Notes under the pieces: generated by a model
Databases searched by the model: none
What the model saw: the letters and a program-made list of their open reading frames with translations, nothing else
What the model was told of the DNA's origin: nothing
Program-made: the position numbers and the translations under genes
Shown: one piece after another, positions 10,439 to 22,096 of the stretch
Layout of the letters: each line of letters opens with the position of its first letter
How positions within the stretch are numbered: the stretch's first letter is position 1
NCBI GenBank assembly: GCA_051599415.1
Contig: AP039702.1
Coordinates: 310,001-374,000 of the forward strand
Source of the DNA: Savitreella phatthalungensis
Taxonomy: Eukaryota
Direction of reading: 5' to 3'
Length of the DNA: 64,000 nt

Positions 10439-11593
10439 GTCAAGTGTAGCTCAGATGCGATTGTGGGACCTACAGGGGACGTGACCTTGCTGAGTGATTG
10501 CTGACAGGTTTTTAATATATCGATCGATGTGGTAGACAAGCTCGGTGCGTATGTTGCGCACAGTGGCCGGGGTCTTATACTATGGTGACAGCTTTGGGTA
10601 GATGTCTGAATGCTGTGTTGCCCCTGCTGATGGTCAACATGCTACAGAGTGGATGAATGGTTCAGACAAAGCAACGACAGTATGTCTTCTGTTATCACAA
10701 AAACAGACCGATGATGACTTGTTCTTACAGTCAGTCGTTCACACGGAAGTGTCACATATACATCAGACGTAGTCATTGACATTGACATGGAAAGAGGGTG
10801 AATCATATGAAAGGGACGAGTTGGAGACAAAGCGACGTAGGCATAGACAGGTGGGTGGAATGGATGGGAAGGCAGTTTGAATTTTGTAGCGACAAAGGCA
10901 GTTAAGAAGGTTGAACTGATGTTCTTTTGACACTACAGACTAGAAAAGAAGAAGATGATCAATGTGTCTGTGCGTGAGTGTCTGTGTTTGTGCTCATTGA
11001 TGATTAATTCATGTGACCCTATGAGGATGACGTCTGACCGGGGGTTGGGTTTATAGACGAAGGCAAGGGATAGCCGGGGGTTAAGGATGATCGAATGAAT
11101 CGAATGAATGAATGGTCAAAGCGGTGTCATTGACCACCCTGACATCCTTTGTGTTTCATCCACGATCAAATTTATTGATTTTGATTCAATCGATTTGATC
11201 TGGCTCGAATTTAGTTGAATCTCAAAATCTGATCTTGAATTTGTCTGAATGCAGGAAACAAACTGAATTCAGTTCATCGCTATTCTGCTGGGCACGTGCA
11301 CCAGATCTGATTCCAGGCGGAGATGAATGCACAATTTAAACAATTTCATCAAAGTTCAGAGCAGATGCACGATTTAAAATACTCTCATCCTCATTCTCAT
11401 TCGGAAATCAAATTGATCATGATCAACGGAACATGCACACTATACTCTACATGCACACTATAATGCAACTGATATCTACTCGACAGGCACAAACTATACT
11501 AAACCAATCCCCTGTGACAACACGCCAAACTCCCCTTTCTACCACTCAAGTCACGCTAGTCAACCCTGGCTAGAGCTATTCTGATACTCTCAG

Positions 11594-13522
11594 ATGGCAG
11601 GTGACGCTTTCTTTACAAAGAAGCGAAAGCGTCCCACCAAGACCACCTCAACAGCACCCAGGAACAACAACCCTAGATCAAATCCAACTCGCACCTCAGC
11701 TTCGGCTGCTCTAAAAGGAGGGCGTGTACGTAAGGATGCAGCTGGCAGAGGCGTCTCCACGCGAGATGAGGTAGACGAAGATGACGAGGAGATTGCATCT
11801 GGCTCTGACAATGACTCTTTCGCTGGCTTCAACCGCGGCGATGATTCCGACGTGGAAAGTGGCCGTGACTCTGACGCCTCATATGACACAGAAGACGAGC
11901 AGGAGACGCCGGCAGAAAAGAGACTTCGCCTGGCAAAGGAGTACCTGGCACAGATCGAGGCAGAGATCGCAGGTGACGAAGATGACGTCGATGCAGGAGA
12001 CATCGACAGAGAACTAATTGGCGAGCGACTTGCAAAGGACAACCTGGTCGCCAAGGAACGGATATATCTCAGAATTGCAGATCATATCGACTGGAGTAGC
12101 TGTAGGGTCACTCGGACACCGACAAACCACAAAGCATGCTTGACAAGCGTAGCATGGGCTCCGTCCATTGACACAGTCTACGCAACCTACAAGGACGGTC
12201 GCGTGCAGAAATGGTCGGCAAATCCTCACAGGCGCACATTGAGGCTCAAGAAGACTTCTGGTCGCCTGGCGAAAGCGAAAGCTACTCTGTGCTCCGCTGT
12301 CGACGGTGACGGAGAGACGCTTGCGACTGGTGGCGCTGATGGCAGGATCACCGTGTGGTCATGCGCGACACTCGAGGAGCTCAAGAGCTTCCCTCAACAC
12401 CGCGACGCAGTCAATGGCCTGGCATTCCCACAGGACATCAAGGGATCCCGCGACCTCTATTCCGCCTCATCAGACCGTACTGTCAAGTGCTTCGATACGC
12501 GTCAATTGACCTATATCGAGACCTTGTTCGGTCACCAGGACGTCATCACAGATGTCTCCGCCGTTGTTTCAAATACATGCATCACTGCAGGCGCACGTGA
12601 CAGGACTGTACGACTGTGGAAGGTTCTGGAGGAGAGTCAGCTGGTATTCCGTGGTGGCGACGCGAAGGAGTCCTTCACGGAAGGCTCACTCGACTGCTGC
12701 GCGCAGATTGACAAGGAGCTCTTTGTCACCGGGTCAGACAACGGCACTCTCGCCCTCTGGTCTACCACCAAAAAGAAAGCCCTTTTCAGAATTGCGACTG
12801 CACACGGCCTAGACCCGACTTTCAACACAACGGCTGAGCGCGATCCAGCGGCAACCGCAGCCATCACCGCCAGTGCCAGAGCCACACACACGAAATTCGC
12901 AGACGACGACGGCAAGACCGCAACAACTCATTCGGAAACGCATACCATGGATGCAGTCATGAGAGAACGGATCGAAGCTGATGGTGAGGCTGATGATTTG
13001 ACTCCGCCAGAATCGATGTCTGCCACGCTGAGCAACGGTTCGAGCGATGCGAGCTCGACAGAGAATGCCGACAGGGACGCGAAGCTGAAAGCACTTTCGC
13101 GCAAGTTGCTGCCTGGGATCGCTGCTCCCGATCGCGCTCGATGGATCACGGCTGTGGCTGTCATTCCGTTCTCCGACCTCGTCGTCACAGGTTCGTGGGA
13201 TGGCTACCTGCGATTCTGGGCAATCTCGCGCGACAATCGCCGACTCTCCACAGCACCAATCCACGCTGCGCGCATAGGTCGCGGATGTGTCAATGCCATC
13301 GTCGTCGCGCCCAACCACCTCAAAGCAGCATCCACCTCCAAGCGACAGATCGATGGTCAGAGAGACGGCTGGCGTGTCTACGCAGCACTAGGCTACGAGA
13401 CTCGTCTAGGAAGATGGAAAACCGTCGGCGGTAGTCGGAACGAGATTGTCTGCATCTCAATCCCACCTACAACAACCCCATCTTCCAAGACGATAGCCTC
13501 CACTGCCGCTACAGATTCATAG
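11594..13522 (+). CDS. RRP9: U3 snoRNP WD40 protein Rrp9 (U3-55K)
   Basis: ETPAEKRLRLAKEYL, DIDRELIGERL, YIETLFGHQD, GARDRTVRLWKVLEESQLVFRGG, ETRLGRW. Confidence 0.95.
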   Translation: MAGDAFFTKKRKRPTKTTSTAPRNNNPRSNPTRTSASAALKGGRVRKDAAGRGVSTRDEVDEDDEEIASGSDNDSFAGFNRGDDSDVESGRDSDASYDTEDEQETPAEKRLRLAKEYLAQIEAEIAGDEDDVDAGDIDRELIGERLAKDNLVAKERIYLRIADHIDWSSCRVTRTPTNHKACLTSVAWAPSIDTVYATYKDGRVQKWSANPHRRTLRLKKTSGRLAKAKATLCSAVDGDGETLATGGADGRITVWSCATLEELKSFPQHRDAVNGLAFPQDIKGSRDLYSASSDRTVKCFDTRQLTYIETLFGHQDVITDVSAVVSNTCITAGARDRTVRLWKVLEESQLVFRGGDAKESFTEGSLDCCAQIDKELFVTGSDNGTLALWSTTKKKALFRIATAHGLDPTFNTTAERDPAATAAITASARATHTKFADDDGKTATTHSETHTMDAVMRERIEADGEADDLTPPESMSATLSNGSSDASSTENADRDAKLKALSRKLLPGIAAPDRARWITAVAVIPFSDLVVTGSWDGYLRFWAISRDNRRLSTAPIHAARIGRGCVNAIVVAPNHLKAASTSKRQIDGQRDGWRVYAALGYETRLGRWKTVGGSRNEIVCISIPPTTTPSSKTIASTAATDS

Positions 13523-13576
13523 CTCTGATTGACATGTCTGTATTATATACACGAAAGATTCACCAGCATACTATAA

Positions 13577-14545
13577 CTATAGCCCGTGGTGTTGGAGTGT
13601 CTGTTTGGGCATATGGCCGACCCTGGCAAAGTACTTATCGATGTATGCCAGGAGTGTATCGTCATCGATCTCCATGTGTCTTCCTGGGACTGTGAGTCTG
13701 TGAAGTCGATCTGTCCTGACCAATTCATTCAGACCGAGGGCCTTGTACACCCCCTGCTTCTCCACAGGCACCTCCACATCCTCACCATCCACCACAGCAA
13801 AGTGTGACGACACTTTCGGAATCACAGTCATGTCATCCTCAAACTTGACCATGACGAAATTATGCAGCGTCTTGAGATTGTCTGCGTAGGTCCTGTTTTC
13901 GGTGGAGGACCGCTCGTTGTTGATATCAGCGAGGAGTTGTGATCCTTTGCGGTAGGCGTCTTCGTCCTTGCCGCGGTAGTATGATGCCGGTACGACATGG
14001 GACTGTACCCAGGAGGAGAAGGCGTTCGTGCGGACTAGGTACCTAGCCGTTACACACAGTCGCGAAGGCGTACCACCCTCCTCACCACCACCGCACGGCA
14101 CCTCAGAGATCCCAGCGTGCTGCGAGCCCCACGTCATCAGCGTCCCCACCGCAGGCGCATTGCATCGCTCAGCGTACCCACGCAGAAACTGACCGCCCTG
14201 GGACAGCCCGAGAGCGTTGATCCCGCGAGCGCCAGCGAGCAAAGGCTCGGACGCTAAGGCCGCACACACACCAGCGATCTGAGCGTTCGCGTCGCCGACA
14301 AAGGAAGCGTCGCGGCTGCCGACGCTGATTGCGAACGTTGGAGAGTTCGTGTGGTTGGAGATAAGGGAGACCAGCGACTTGATACCTTCCGAGTCAGCAC
14401 TGTCACCGAGACCGTGCCAGATCACAGTAGGTAGAAAGTCAGTCGCGGCGGATGACAGGTGTCCAGGAATGACGACGTCATCTCGGACGAATGTGATGGA
14501 TGCGGAAGCGGCGCTTGCGCCGATGATGAGCGCGCGCAAGAGCAT
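13577..14545 (-). CDS. PPT1: Palmitoyl-protein thioesterase 1 (secreted/vacuolar)
   Basis: Signal peptide, PTVIWHGLGDS, GLSQGGQFLRGYAERCN, LADINNER, FEDDMTVIPK, GRHM. Confidence 0.92.
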   Translation of the reverse strand: MLLRALIIGASAASASITFVRDDVVIPGHLSSAATDFLPTVIWHGLGDSADSEGIKSLVSLISNHTNSPTFAISVGSRDASFVGDANAQIAGVCAALASEPLLAGARGINALGLSQGGQFLRGYAERCNAPAVGTLMTWGSQHAGISEVPCGGGEEGGTPSRLCVTARYLVRTNAFSSWVQSHVVPASYYRGKDEDAYRKGSQLLADINNERSSTENRTYADNLKTLHNFVMVKFEDDMTVIPKVSSHFAVVDGEDVEVPVEKQGVYKALGLNELVRTDRLHRLTVPGRHMEIDDDTLLAYIDKYFARVGHMPKQTLQHHGL

Positions 14546-15187
14546 TACTCCACGGTAGGATACTATGGGGTTGGTTCGAGATGACGTCTAGACAGTCTGG
14601 TTTGTCCTGCATGAAGAATCCGGTCTGCGGGAGACTGGAAATGCATGTGATTATTCCAATTCAACCAGACTGACAAAGAAAAACAGGATCCGGAAGAAAG
14701 CAGGATGCAAGACTGAGGCGGTGTTCTCAACATTGTTGGACTCTGACGTGCTTCATGATCATTGGCGACTCTCTCCGCGAGCGTTGATCAAAAGCTTCTT
14801 GGCTGGGATAACCGGCGAGTTTGTGCGATCTCATCCTTTTGCACCGTCATTCACCGATATCGGACAGGCATTTGTGGTCACGTAGTAAGCGCCAGTCTAC
14901 TTGGATAGTAGCGCTTGCCGTCAGCGTCCGGACGAGGAGTCTGGCGAGGTTCATATCGAAAGGTCTCTACTATAAAGGGCACAGTAGCTCTGTACAGTGA
15001 ATCTCGATTGGTACCCAGAGGTCTGAATATCATTGATTGTGTTCAACGTGATCTGTCAGATAGGAGTCAAGCATTGGGTAGCAAGCATGCAGTAAGCAAC
15101 TAGAATGCACGACTGACAAAAGTAGTACAATACTAAGAGTTTCGTGTGATCTTAAGCCTTTATACTACTGCTTTTCGAGAGATGTGA

Positions 15188-16198
15188 CTATCGCCTGCGA
15201 GTGACACCAAAACCAGTGCTTGTTCGTGAGGGGCCAAAGTCGGTGAATGGAGAAGGGCTCTTGGAATCAGAGAATGACTTTTGGCTGCTGGCGGTACGTC
15301 GTGTTTGCCAGGAATCGGCGTGTTGATCAAGTCGACGCTGCCTCCTTTGTCTCATCCAAGACGTCGGGCTCAAGCCGCGCAGCTTGTTCATGCCCCGAGC
15401 TGCTGCAGATCCTATGCCTATGCCTGCGCCTGTGCTACCCGTTGATGAAGGACTTGCTGATCCAGATGAAGCCGTCGATGTGTCATATGCAGCAGTCTCG
15501 CTGTATGGTGGGGGCGGTGGATGAGATGGAGAACGCGGATATAGCCGAGTGCCTGCACTGTTTGCAGTGGAGGGCCCACGCCGGTCATTACGGGCGTATC
15601 CTCGTGAGTTCGAATATCTAGATAGGAACGCCCTGATGGACATAACGATCGCGAGAGCAACAAAGAGATAGAAATACCATTTGAGCCCCCACCAGATCCA
15701 CCCAGGCACTTTGGACCAGAATCCTGGGTGACGATCGTATTTGGCATTGAGACGGCGTTCCCCTTCTTCTGTCAAGTGGAGGGTGTACTCGACGGCGCAG
15801 GAACCCCGGGTAATGAAAGGGTCATCAGGGGAGTCGTAGCCCTCGCAGACGACATCTGTAGAACCCAGTCGAAACGATTGAGGGAGTGTTGCCGAGCACG
15901 CCCACTCGATCTCTTTTTCGCCGCCGGTGCCATGATCCTGGCCGTCACCACCAGCATTGAGCTTCGAGCCCAGGTTGCGGCACTGCATGACGTCGATCGC
16001 ATAAAACTCGCAGGCATTACCGTCGACGCATGTGAGTTCCGGCATAGGTGGTGTTCGACGACCTTGTGCCATGGCGTCATGGCGCAATGTCAACACGTTC
16101 ACGTCAGAAAGGCGTGTGGCGTCACGTGCCGACCGCCCGCTGACCTGACCAAGAATACATGCCAGCAGCGCCAGGATCAGTGCGCTCATGGACTTCAT
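15188..16198 (-). CDS. SARAF-like (store-operated Ca2+ entry regulatory factor, DUF1183) membrane protein
   Basis: Signal peptide, LSDVNVLTL, GRRTPPMPELTC, IEWACSATLPQSFRLGSTDVVCEGYDSPDDPFITRGSCAVEYTL, TM segment, PPPY, C-terminal STGFGVTRRR. Confidence 0.92.
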   Translation of the reverse strand: MKSMSALILALLACILGQVSGRSARDATRLSDVNVLTLRHDAMAQGRRTPPMPELTCVDGNACEFYAIDVMQCRNLGSKLNAGGDGQDHGTGGEKEIEWACSATLPQSFRLGSTDVVCEGYDSPDDPFITRGSCAVEYTLHLTEEGERRLNAKYDRHPGFWSKVPGWIWWGLKWYFYLFVALAIVMSIRAFLSRYSNSRGYARNDRRGPSTANSAGTRLYPRSPSHPPPPPYSETAAYDTSTASSGSASPSSTGSTGAGIGIGSAAARGMNKLRGLSPTSWMRQRRQRRLDQHADSWQTRRTASSQKSFSDSKSPSPFTDFGPSRTSTGFGVTRRR

Positions 16199-17688
16199 CG
16201 TGCAGACTGCCTTGAGTTAACAGTAGAGGGAGACTCTACCTTCAAGCTCCTAATCGTGAAACGAGGTCCTAGGTGTGATCAAGTGATAATTATCAAAGTC
16301 GCCACGTCAGTTGATGAGTTCTCTGGTATAAATATGTATTGACAGAGGACAAGGCAAAGCAGGGGCAGGTGAAGGGTCATATTGCGTAGCTGCTAAACTA
16401 CTCAGATCTGGCGTGCGTAGATAATCAAGTCAAAATGGTTTCCAGGATTCTTAAGGTGTTCATCGTTTGAGAGCGTAGAGACTGAAGAACTGAGACTTTT
16501 GAAAATCATCAATCTTGATCATTTGCAAATTGAGATATCGATGGATTGCATGATCGATCACAGGTAGATGCATGTATTGATACGAGTATTATGCTTCACG
16601 TGCGGCTCACTCTCATCTTCGACGGAGATCCTAAGCACGGGATTCCGCTGTATTGACAGTGGCACCAAAGATGACCTCGTCGACAGAGGCTACTGAAGAT
16701 TCGGAGGAGGTTGTTTCCAAGCATTCATCGAATTCCATCCCTCCAAGTAACCAGAAGAGACTCACATCAAATTCTGGTTGTTTCTACGAGCGAAACGCTC
16801 GTCATCTTTCACAATCTAAATCAGCGCATCCTCGGTAAAAAGGCGCCTTCTGGTGTCCGAGCTGATGCATTGACAGCACACTTGGCCTGCCGCCATGCAC
16901 ACAATCTACGAGTCAAAGTCGGTGTCAAGAATTTAGAGACGGTACTGGCAGATTGGCAGAATTTCGAAGAGCAGTTTTCACGGGGAATTGAATGAGGCAT
17001 CCACGACTAAGCGGTGTCTCGCAAGAAGATGCGATTTGCAGCGCAATGGGAAACTGAGCCAAGTCCTGGGAGAGAAACATGGCATTCGACCGTCAATTTG
17101 GCATGTCTCGTAATCAGCTCAGATGGTACTTTGTCTTGCCGAGACAAGCGATGCGAGAGTTTCGGTCTTGCGCGAGAGATTTTCCGCCGTGATCGTCTGC
17201 AGACAAGCTTCATCTCGGATTTGCTTGCCTGCTGAGCTCCGCAAAATAGGAAATTTAGGCCACTTCTCGGCAATCAAGATTGAACGTTGAAATAGAATTG
17301 AGCGCCATCTCCGCATCATCTCACCGGCAACACATACACTTACTATGATAGAATACCTCATCGTGGATGGAAATCAAGGTCTACCTGCTGGTCTTGTGGA
17401 GGTGTCACTATCTCGATTCCAGGGATTGGCTCGCTTGACCCTTGCACTCACCTGCTTTGTATTGTGATTCAGGATCCCAATGCAGGGAACTGGGATGACC
17501 TGCGGCTTTCAATCGCTTGCCCTTCATCATTGAGGTTTTCTGGGGAAAAATCAAGCTAATAGCATCGCGGGGATTGCGGAGACACCTGGGCTTAAGCCGA
17601 GCTGCACCATGCTGAATCATCATGACATTCATTGGAAAAAACACCAGATGCAGTGCATTCATGAGAGAGATGTGCCCTGGACAGACTC

Positions 17689-17694
17689 TATAAA
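17689..17694 (+). promoter_or_regulatory. Candidate TATA box of the carboxylesterase gene
   Basis: TATAAA 38 nt upstream of ATG 17727. Confidence 0.5.
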
Positions 17695-17726
17695 GACTAT
17701 CCTGTCGCCTATTGCTTCTAGTAAAC

Positions 17727-19325
17727 ATGTTTGTCTTCTTTTTGCTTGTTGTGCGCGCCATCGCACAAAGCGTGCAGAGTGACCAATTTCCTGTAGTCGA
17801 TCTCGGTTATGCTCGCATTAGAGGGTACACGGAGATTGCCACATCTACGGACGCCTTCAAGGGCATCAGGTATGCTGCTCCACCCGAAAGGTGGGGACGG
17901 CCGATGCGGCCGCCAACGCAGCGTGCTCTTGTCCTCAATGCTACAGCCTATGGACCCCGTTGCCTCCAGTCTGCCGCAAGCTCTGGAGCGGCAATTGATC
18001 CTCTTGCATCGGGCTATTCAGAAGATTGCCTGTTTCTCAACGTGTTTCGACCGGCTGGCGTCACGTCAAATGACAGTCTCCCAGTCTTAGTCTTTATACA
18101 CGGTGGAGGGTACGGCCAGCTGACTGGGAACTTAAATGACACGTATCTCGCTTCTCTCGCTGGCAACACACAGCGATTTGTGTTTGTTTCAATTGCTTAC
18201 CGACTCGGTGCATTCGGATTCCTCGCCTCGGACGAACTGAAGCAAGGTGGAGGGGCTCTCAACGCTGGCTTGCTTGACCAGGAGAGCGCACTGGAATGGG
18301 TTTCACGACATATTGGTGCGTTTGGAGGCGATGCTGACCGAGTGACCATATGGGGAGAATCTGCTGGCGCAGGATCGGTCATGCAGCAGTTACTTTCCTA
18401 CGGAGGCAGCCGAAATGGCAAGCTGTTCAATCAGGCTATCCTTTCGTCCCCGTATCTGCCACCGCAGCCACAGTACTACGATGCAGTCCCTACCGAATAT
18501 TACTACAGGTTTGTCAGGGCCGCCGGATGCGCCAACAGTACAGACAAAGTGGCCTGTCTCCGAGCAGCACCCTCAAATATTCTCGCCGTTGCCTCGAACG
18601 ACGTGAGTCAGACAGCACCTTACGGCTCTTGGGCCTTCACGCCTGTGGTCGACGGTACATTTGTTACAGGTCGACCGAGCGAGCTGTTACTACGGCAAGT
18701 ATCGAAGCAAATTCCCATCATGGTAGGCATGAATGGAGATGAAGGCTCACTGTTTGTTCCGTCCAACATCACCGGCACAGCGGCCTTTGACCTATGGCTG
18801 TCGACACTGCTACCGCGATTTAACGGTGCGGCGAGTGTGAAGCTGCGCGAGTACTATCCAGATCCCGGTAGCAGTGGAGGGCTTTATACTTCACAGCAGA
18901 CGCGGGCCAACACAATTTTTGGAGACCTTATCTTCAACTGTGCAGGGATCTGGTTGGCAGATGCGCATGAGAGCGCCTGGAAGTATGAATTCGACGTCCT
19001 TCCAGCTTTGCATGGTTTCGACGTGCCGCACTACCTCCCCGATGGCACGTCTGTACCGTATACGCCAGGCGCTGATGCTCGACCGTTCGATCTGGCCTTC
19101 GCCACAATATCCACAAGCTTTGTCACCGCAGGTAGGCCGGTGAGCAATGGAGGTTTGGCGTTGCCCTCCTGGTCAGCTAACATCACCCCTAATGTGCAGC
19201 AGACAGCCTTTAACAGGACGAATGCAGGTCAGCCGATCGTTTCTGTCACTAGTGGTCGACTCCGGACAAACGGAATGGATCGATGCGATTTCTGGCGCGC
19301 ACACGCTGACCTTGTGCCTGTTTAG
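17727..19325 (+). CDS. Secreted type-B carboxylesterase/lipase
   Basis: Signal peptide, FKGIRYA, SEDCLFLNVF, FIHGGGY, YRLGAFGFL, WGESAGAG (catalytic Ser), NGDEG (Glu), ALHGFDV (His). Confidence 0.95.
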   Translation: MFVFFLLVVRAIAQSVQSDQFPVVDLGYARIRGYTEIATSTDAFKGIRYAAPPERWGRPMRPPTQRALVLNATAYGPRCLQSAASSGAAIDPLASGYSEDCLFLNVFRPAGVTSNDSLPVLVFIHGGGYGQLTGNLNDTYLASLAGNTQRFVFVSIAYRLGAFGFLASDELKQGGGALNAGLLDQESALEWVSRHIGAFGGDADRVTIWGESAGAGSVMQQLLSYGGSRNGKLFNQAILSSPYLPPQPQYYDAVPTEYYYRFVRAAGCANSTDKVACLRAAPSNILAVASNDVSQTAPYGSWAFTPVVDGTFVTGRPSELLLRQVSKQIPIMVGMNGDEGSLFVPSNITGTAAFDLWLSTLLPRFNGAASVKLREYYPDPGSSGGLYTSQQTRANTIFGDLIFNCAGIWLADAHESAWKYEFDVLPALHGFDVPHYLPDGTSVPYTPGADARPFDLAFATISTSFVTAGRPVSNGGLALPSWSANITPNVQQTAFNRTNAGQPIVSVTSGRLRTNGMDRCDFWRAHADLVPV

Positions 19326-20134
19326 GTTGAGATGTCCATTGGACGCTTCCTGAACGGGGCAGTGAAGATTTGTTCGGAACTGGCGATACAAACCCCAAAG
19401 GATCGCAGCTGTCAATCAGCTGTGCATTGAACCTCTAAGTATAGTTGATCGTCGCCACTTGACCTGCTTCGCCGCACTATATACAATTAACGTTATAAAT
19501 ATCGCATGAGCTCTATGTACACACGTGCATTCGTCATGGGCCATCATTTTTTCCAACCTACTAATAGCACGTGCATTGATTCACGGCCTGGTGCATGTAC
19601 AGCTTGAGTAAAGTTAATTTCAGTCGACTTAGAATTTACTAGATCTGATTTCCAGGTGGGAATGACCATCACTGTCATATCATAGATCCATTTTGCCCAT
19701 TGAGGGTAGTTCCGATGGATGGCTACATGCTATGAATATATACAGAATGCATAATCCAGATCATCCTGTAGTCGAATTAACAAATTGTACCTCAATCAAT
19801 GAATCGCTCCTGTAGTGGAGCAATCACTGGAGCTGCATGTAGTCGACATTTCAACTGAATCAAATAAATTTGCCTCGAAACATATTAGCATTTAGCTCCT
19901 TCTCTTGTACCTCTCTCTACATCATATAAGATTAGATATTAATTTCTATGAGAGTTTGAATCGTTCTCAATCAACACGCCAAAGCTGGCTACAGCTTCAG
20001 CTTTAACCACAGGCCGAAACCTTAGCCGCTACACCACCACCCACTTAATACGCACGCACTTACACTCATACGCATACAGCACACAAAAAAAATCTCATAA
20101 GGACAGCAGGGTACACACCCACACATACACAACA

Positions 20135-21824
20135 ATGTCATTTGGCACACTCTACTCATACACAGGCAACGCCCGTACAACTGCTCTCCTCGCAGTTGCA
20201 AAGGCCAACGGCCTCGACGTCGAGGTAGCAGAGGTCAAGCCAGGAGACGCCAAGCTTGTCGAAAAGTTCCCATTCGGCAAGGTGCCTGGATTCGTCGGTG
20301 CTGATGGATTCCAGCTCCAGGAGACCATGGCCATTGCCATCTACTGTAAGTAATCAATCACCCACCTGTAAGAAGGAGAGCTCCAGTTGCACGATCACGC
20401 CAGAGAAGAGTGGCTTGTGCTTGGAAAGCTCAAAATGGGCTCCTCATCCAGTGCTAGCAGGATCTCCAGCTATACTCAGCGACAGTCTGCTTCTACCACG
20501 AGTCGAAGGAGAATTTTCGGAAGAGAGGTTTGACAGGGCGACGACGTTCAAGCTGATGTGAGGTGGTCTCAACCACCTGCTTATCCCTGTCTGAACATAA
20601 CTGTTGGAGAAATGGTAACTGATTCTCGTCCTCGCCACGTCAAACCTCCCAAATGATCTGTCATCTCATCCGTCACATGGGAAGTTCCAAGCTGGAGCCC
20701 TCTTCTGCTACTATTCTGCATTCTTGCCTCTCAATTCTTACATGACTCTTGCCCGAATGACAGCTCACTGACCGTCTCCGCTAGTTGCCTCGCAGAACGA
20801 GAAGACCACCTTGCTTGGAAAGACCAAGGCTGACTACGCCTCGATCCTCCAGTGGATGTCGATTGCCAACACAGAGATTCTCCCCACCATCGCTGGCTGG
20901 TTCGCACCTTTGATCGGCCGTTCGCCCTACAACAAGAAGAACGTGGAGGATGCTGAGAAGCGTTTCAACACGGTCGTCGGTCCATACCTCGAGAAGTACC
21001 TCGCCAACCAGACTTACCTGGTCGGCCACCGCCTCACTCTGGCCGACCTTGTCGTTGCTGCTCACCTTGCTCGCGGCTACGAGTACGTGTTCGGTGACGA
21101 GTGGCAGGAGAAGTTCCCCAACATCACTCGTTTCTTCAAGACAGTCGTCAACCAGAAGATCTACAAGTCTGTTGCCGGTGACGTTCCCATCACAAAGGAG
21201 GCCGTCAAGTACACACCTCCCGCGAAGGAAAAGAAGGAGCCGGCCGCTAAGGGCCCCGCTCAGCAGCCAAAGCAGGCCAAGAAGCCAAAGGATGATGACG
21301 AGGAGGAGGAGCCCCTTGTCCCACAGGAGAAGAAGGCAAAGCACCCGCTCGAGTCTGCTCCTACCGGCTCGCTCGTCCTGGACGAGTGGAAGCGCCAGTA
21401 CTCCAACAACGACACACGTGAGGTCGCCCTCCCCTGGTTCTTCGAGAACCTTGACAAGGAGAACTACTCTGTGTGGCGCGTAGACTACAAGTACAATGAC
21501 GAGCTCACCCAGGTCTTCATGTCCTCCAACCTCGTCGGCGGCTTCTTCTCCCGTCTCGAGGCATCGCGCAAGTTCATCTTCGGCGCAATGTCTGTCTACG
21601 GCGAGTCAAACAACTCTGTCATCTCTGGCGCATTCGTCATCCGCGGACAGGACTACCTGCCAGCCTTCGACGTCGCACCTGACTTTGAGTCCTACGAGTT
21701 CAAGAAGCTCGACATCACCGACGCAAAGGACAAGACCTTCATTGAGGACGCCTGGTCCTGGGACAAGCCTGTCGAGGTCGCCGGCAAGTCGTACGACCAC
21801 GCCGACGGCAAGGTCTTCAAGTAA
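20135..21824 (+). CDS. TEF4: Translation elongation factor eEF1B-gamma; exons 20135-20345 and 20785-21824, intron 20346-20784
   Basis: GST-N exon (KFPFGKVPGFVGADGFQLQETMAIAIY); GTAAGT donor at 20346, CACTGAC branch ~20766, TAG acceptor at 20784; splicing restores F-ASQNEKTTLLG; C-terminal LDEWKRQYSN...DGKVFK. Confidence 0.96.
20547..20626 (+). ncRNA. snR38: snR38-like box C/D snoRNA (intronic)
   Basis: TTATCCCTGT followed immediately by CTGA (20581-20594); the 10-mer is complementary to conserved LSU rRNA ACAGGGAUAA. Yeast snR38 is hosted in the TEF4 intron. C-box-like CTGATGT at ~20553 and a second CTGA at ~20619; ends are approximate. Confidence 0.8.
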
Positions 21825-22096
21825 GTGCACAATCACTTCTCTAAACCCCTTGTAGACTTCCGGAACCCGACATCTCCCACGTCCATAGTCTTGACTATGA
21901 TGCACTCGAGTTTGAGGATATTCGTCATCGTCCCTGAACGCACGTGTGGGTCATTCTGTTTGCATTTCTCTGATCATGATAATGTTTGATTGATCTTCAA
22001 CGCCGTATCCCTGGAACTCGAACACGACATCGACCGGCCCCACAAATCCGTCTGTCCCATCACTGAAGACTCCACGCACGTCCAGGCCCTGCCAGG

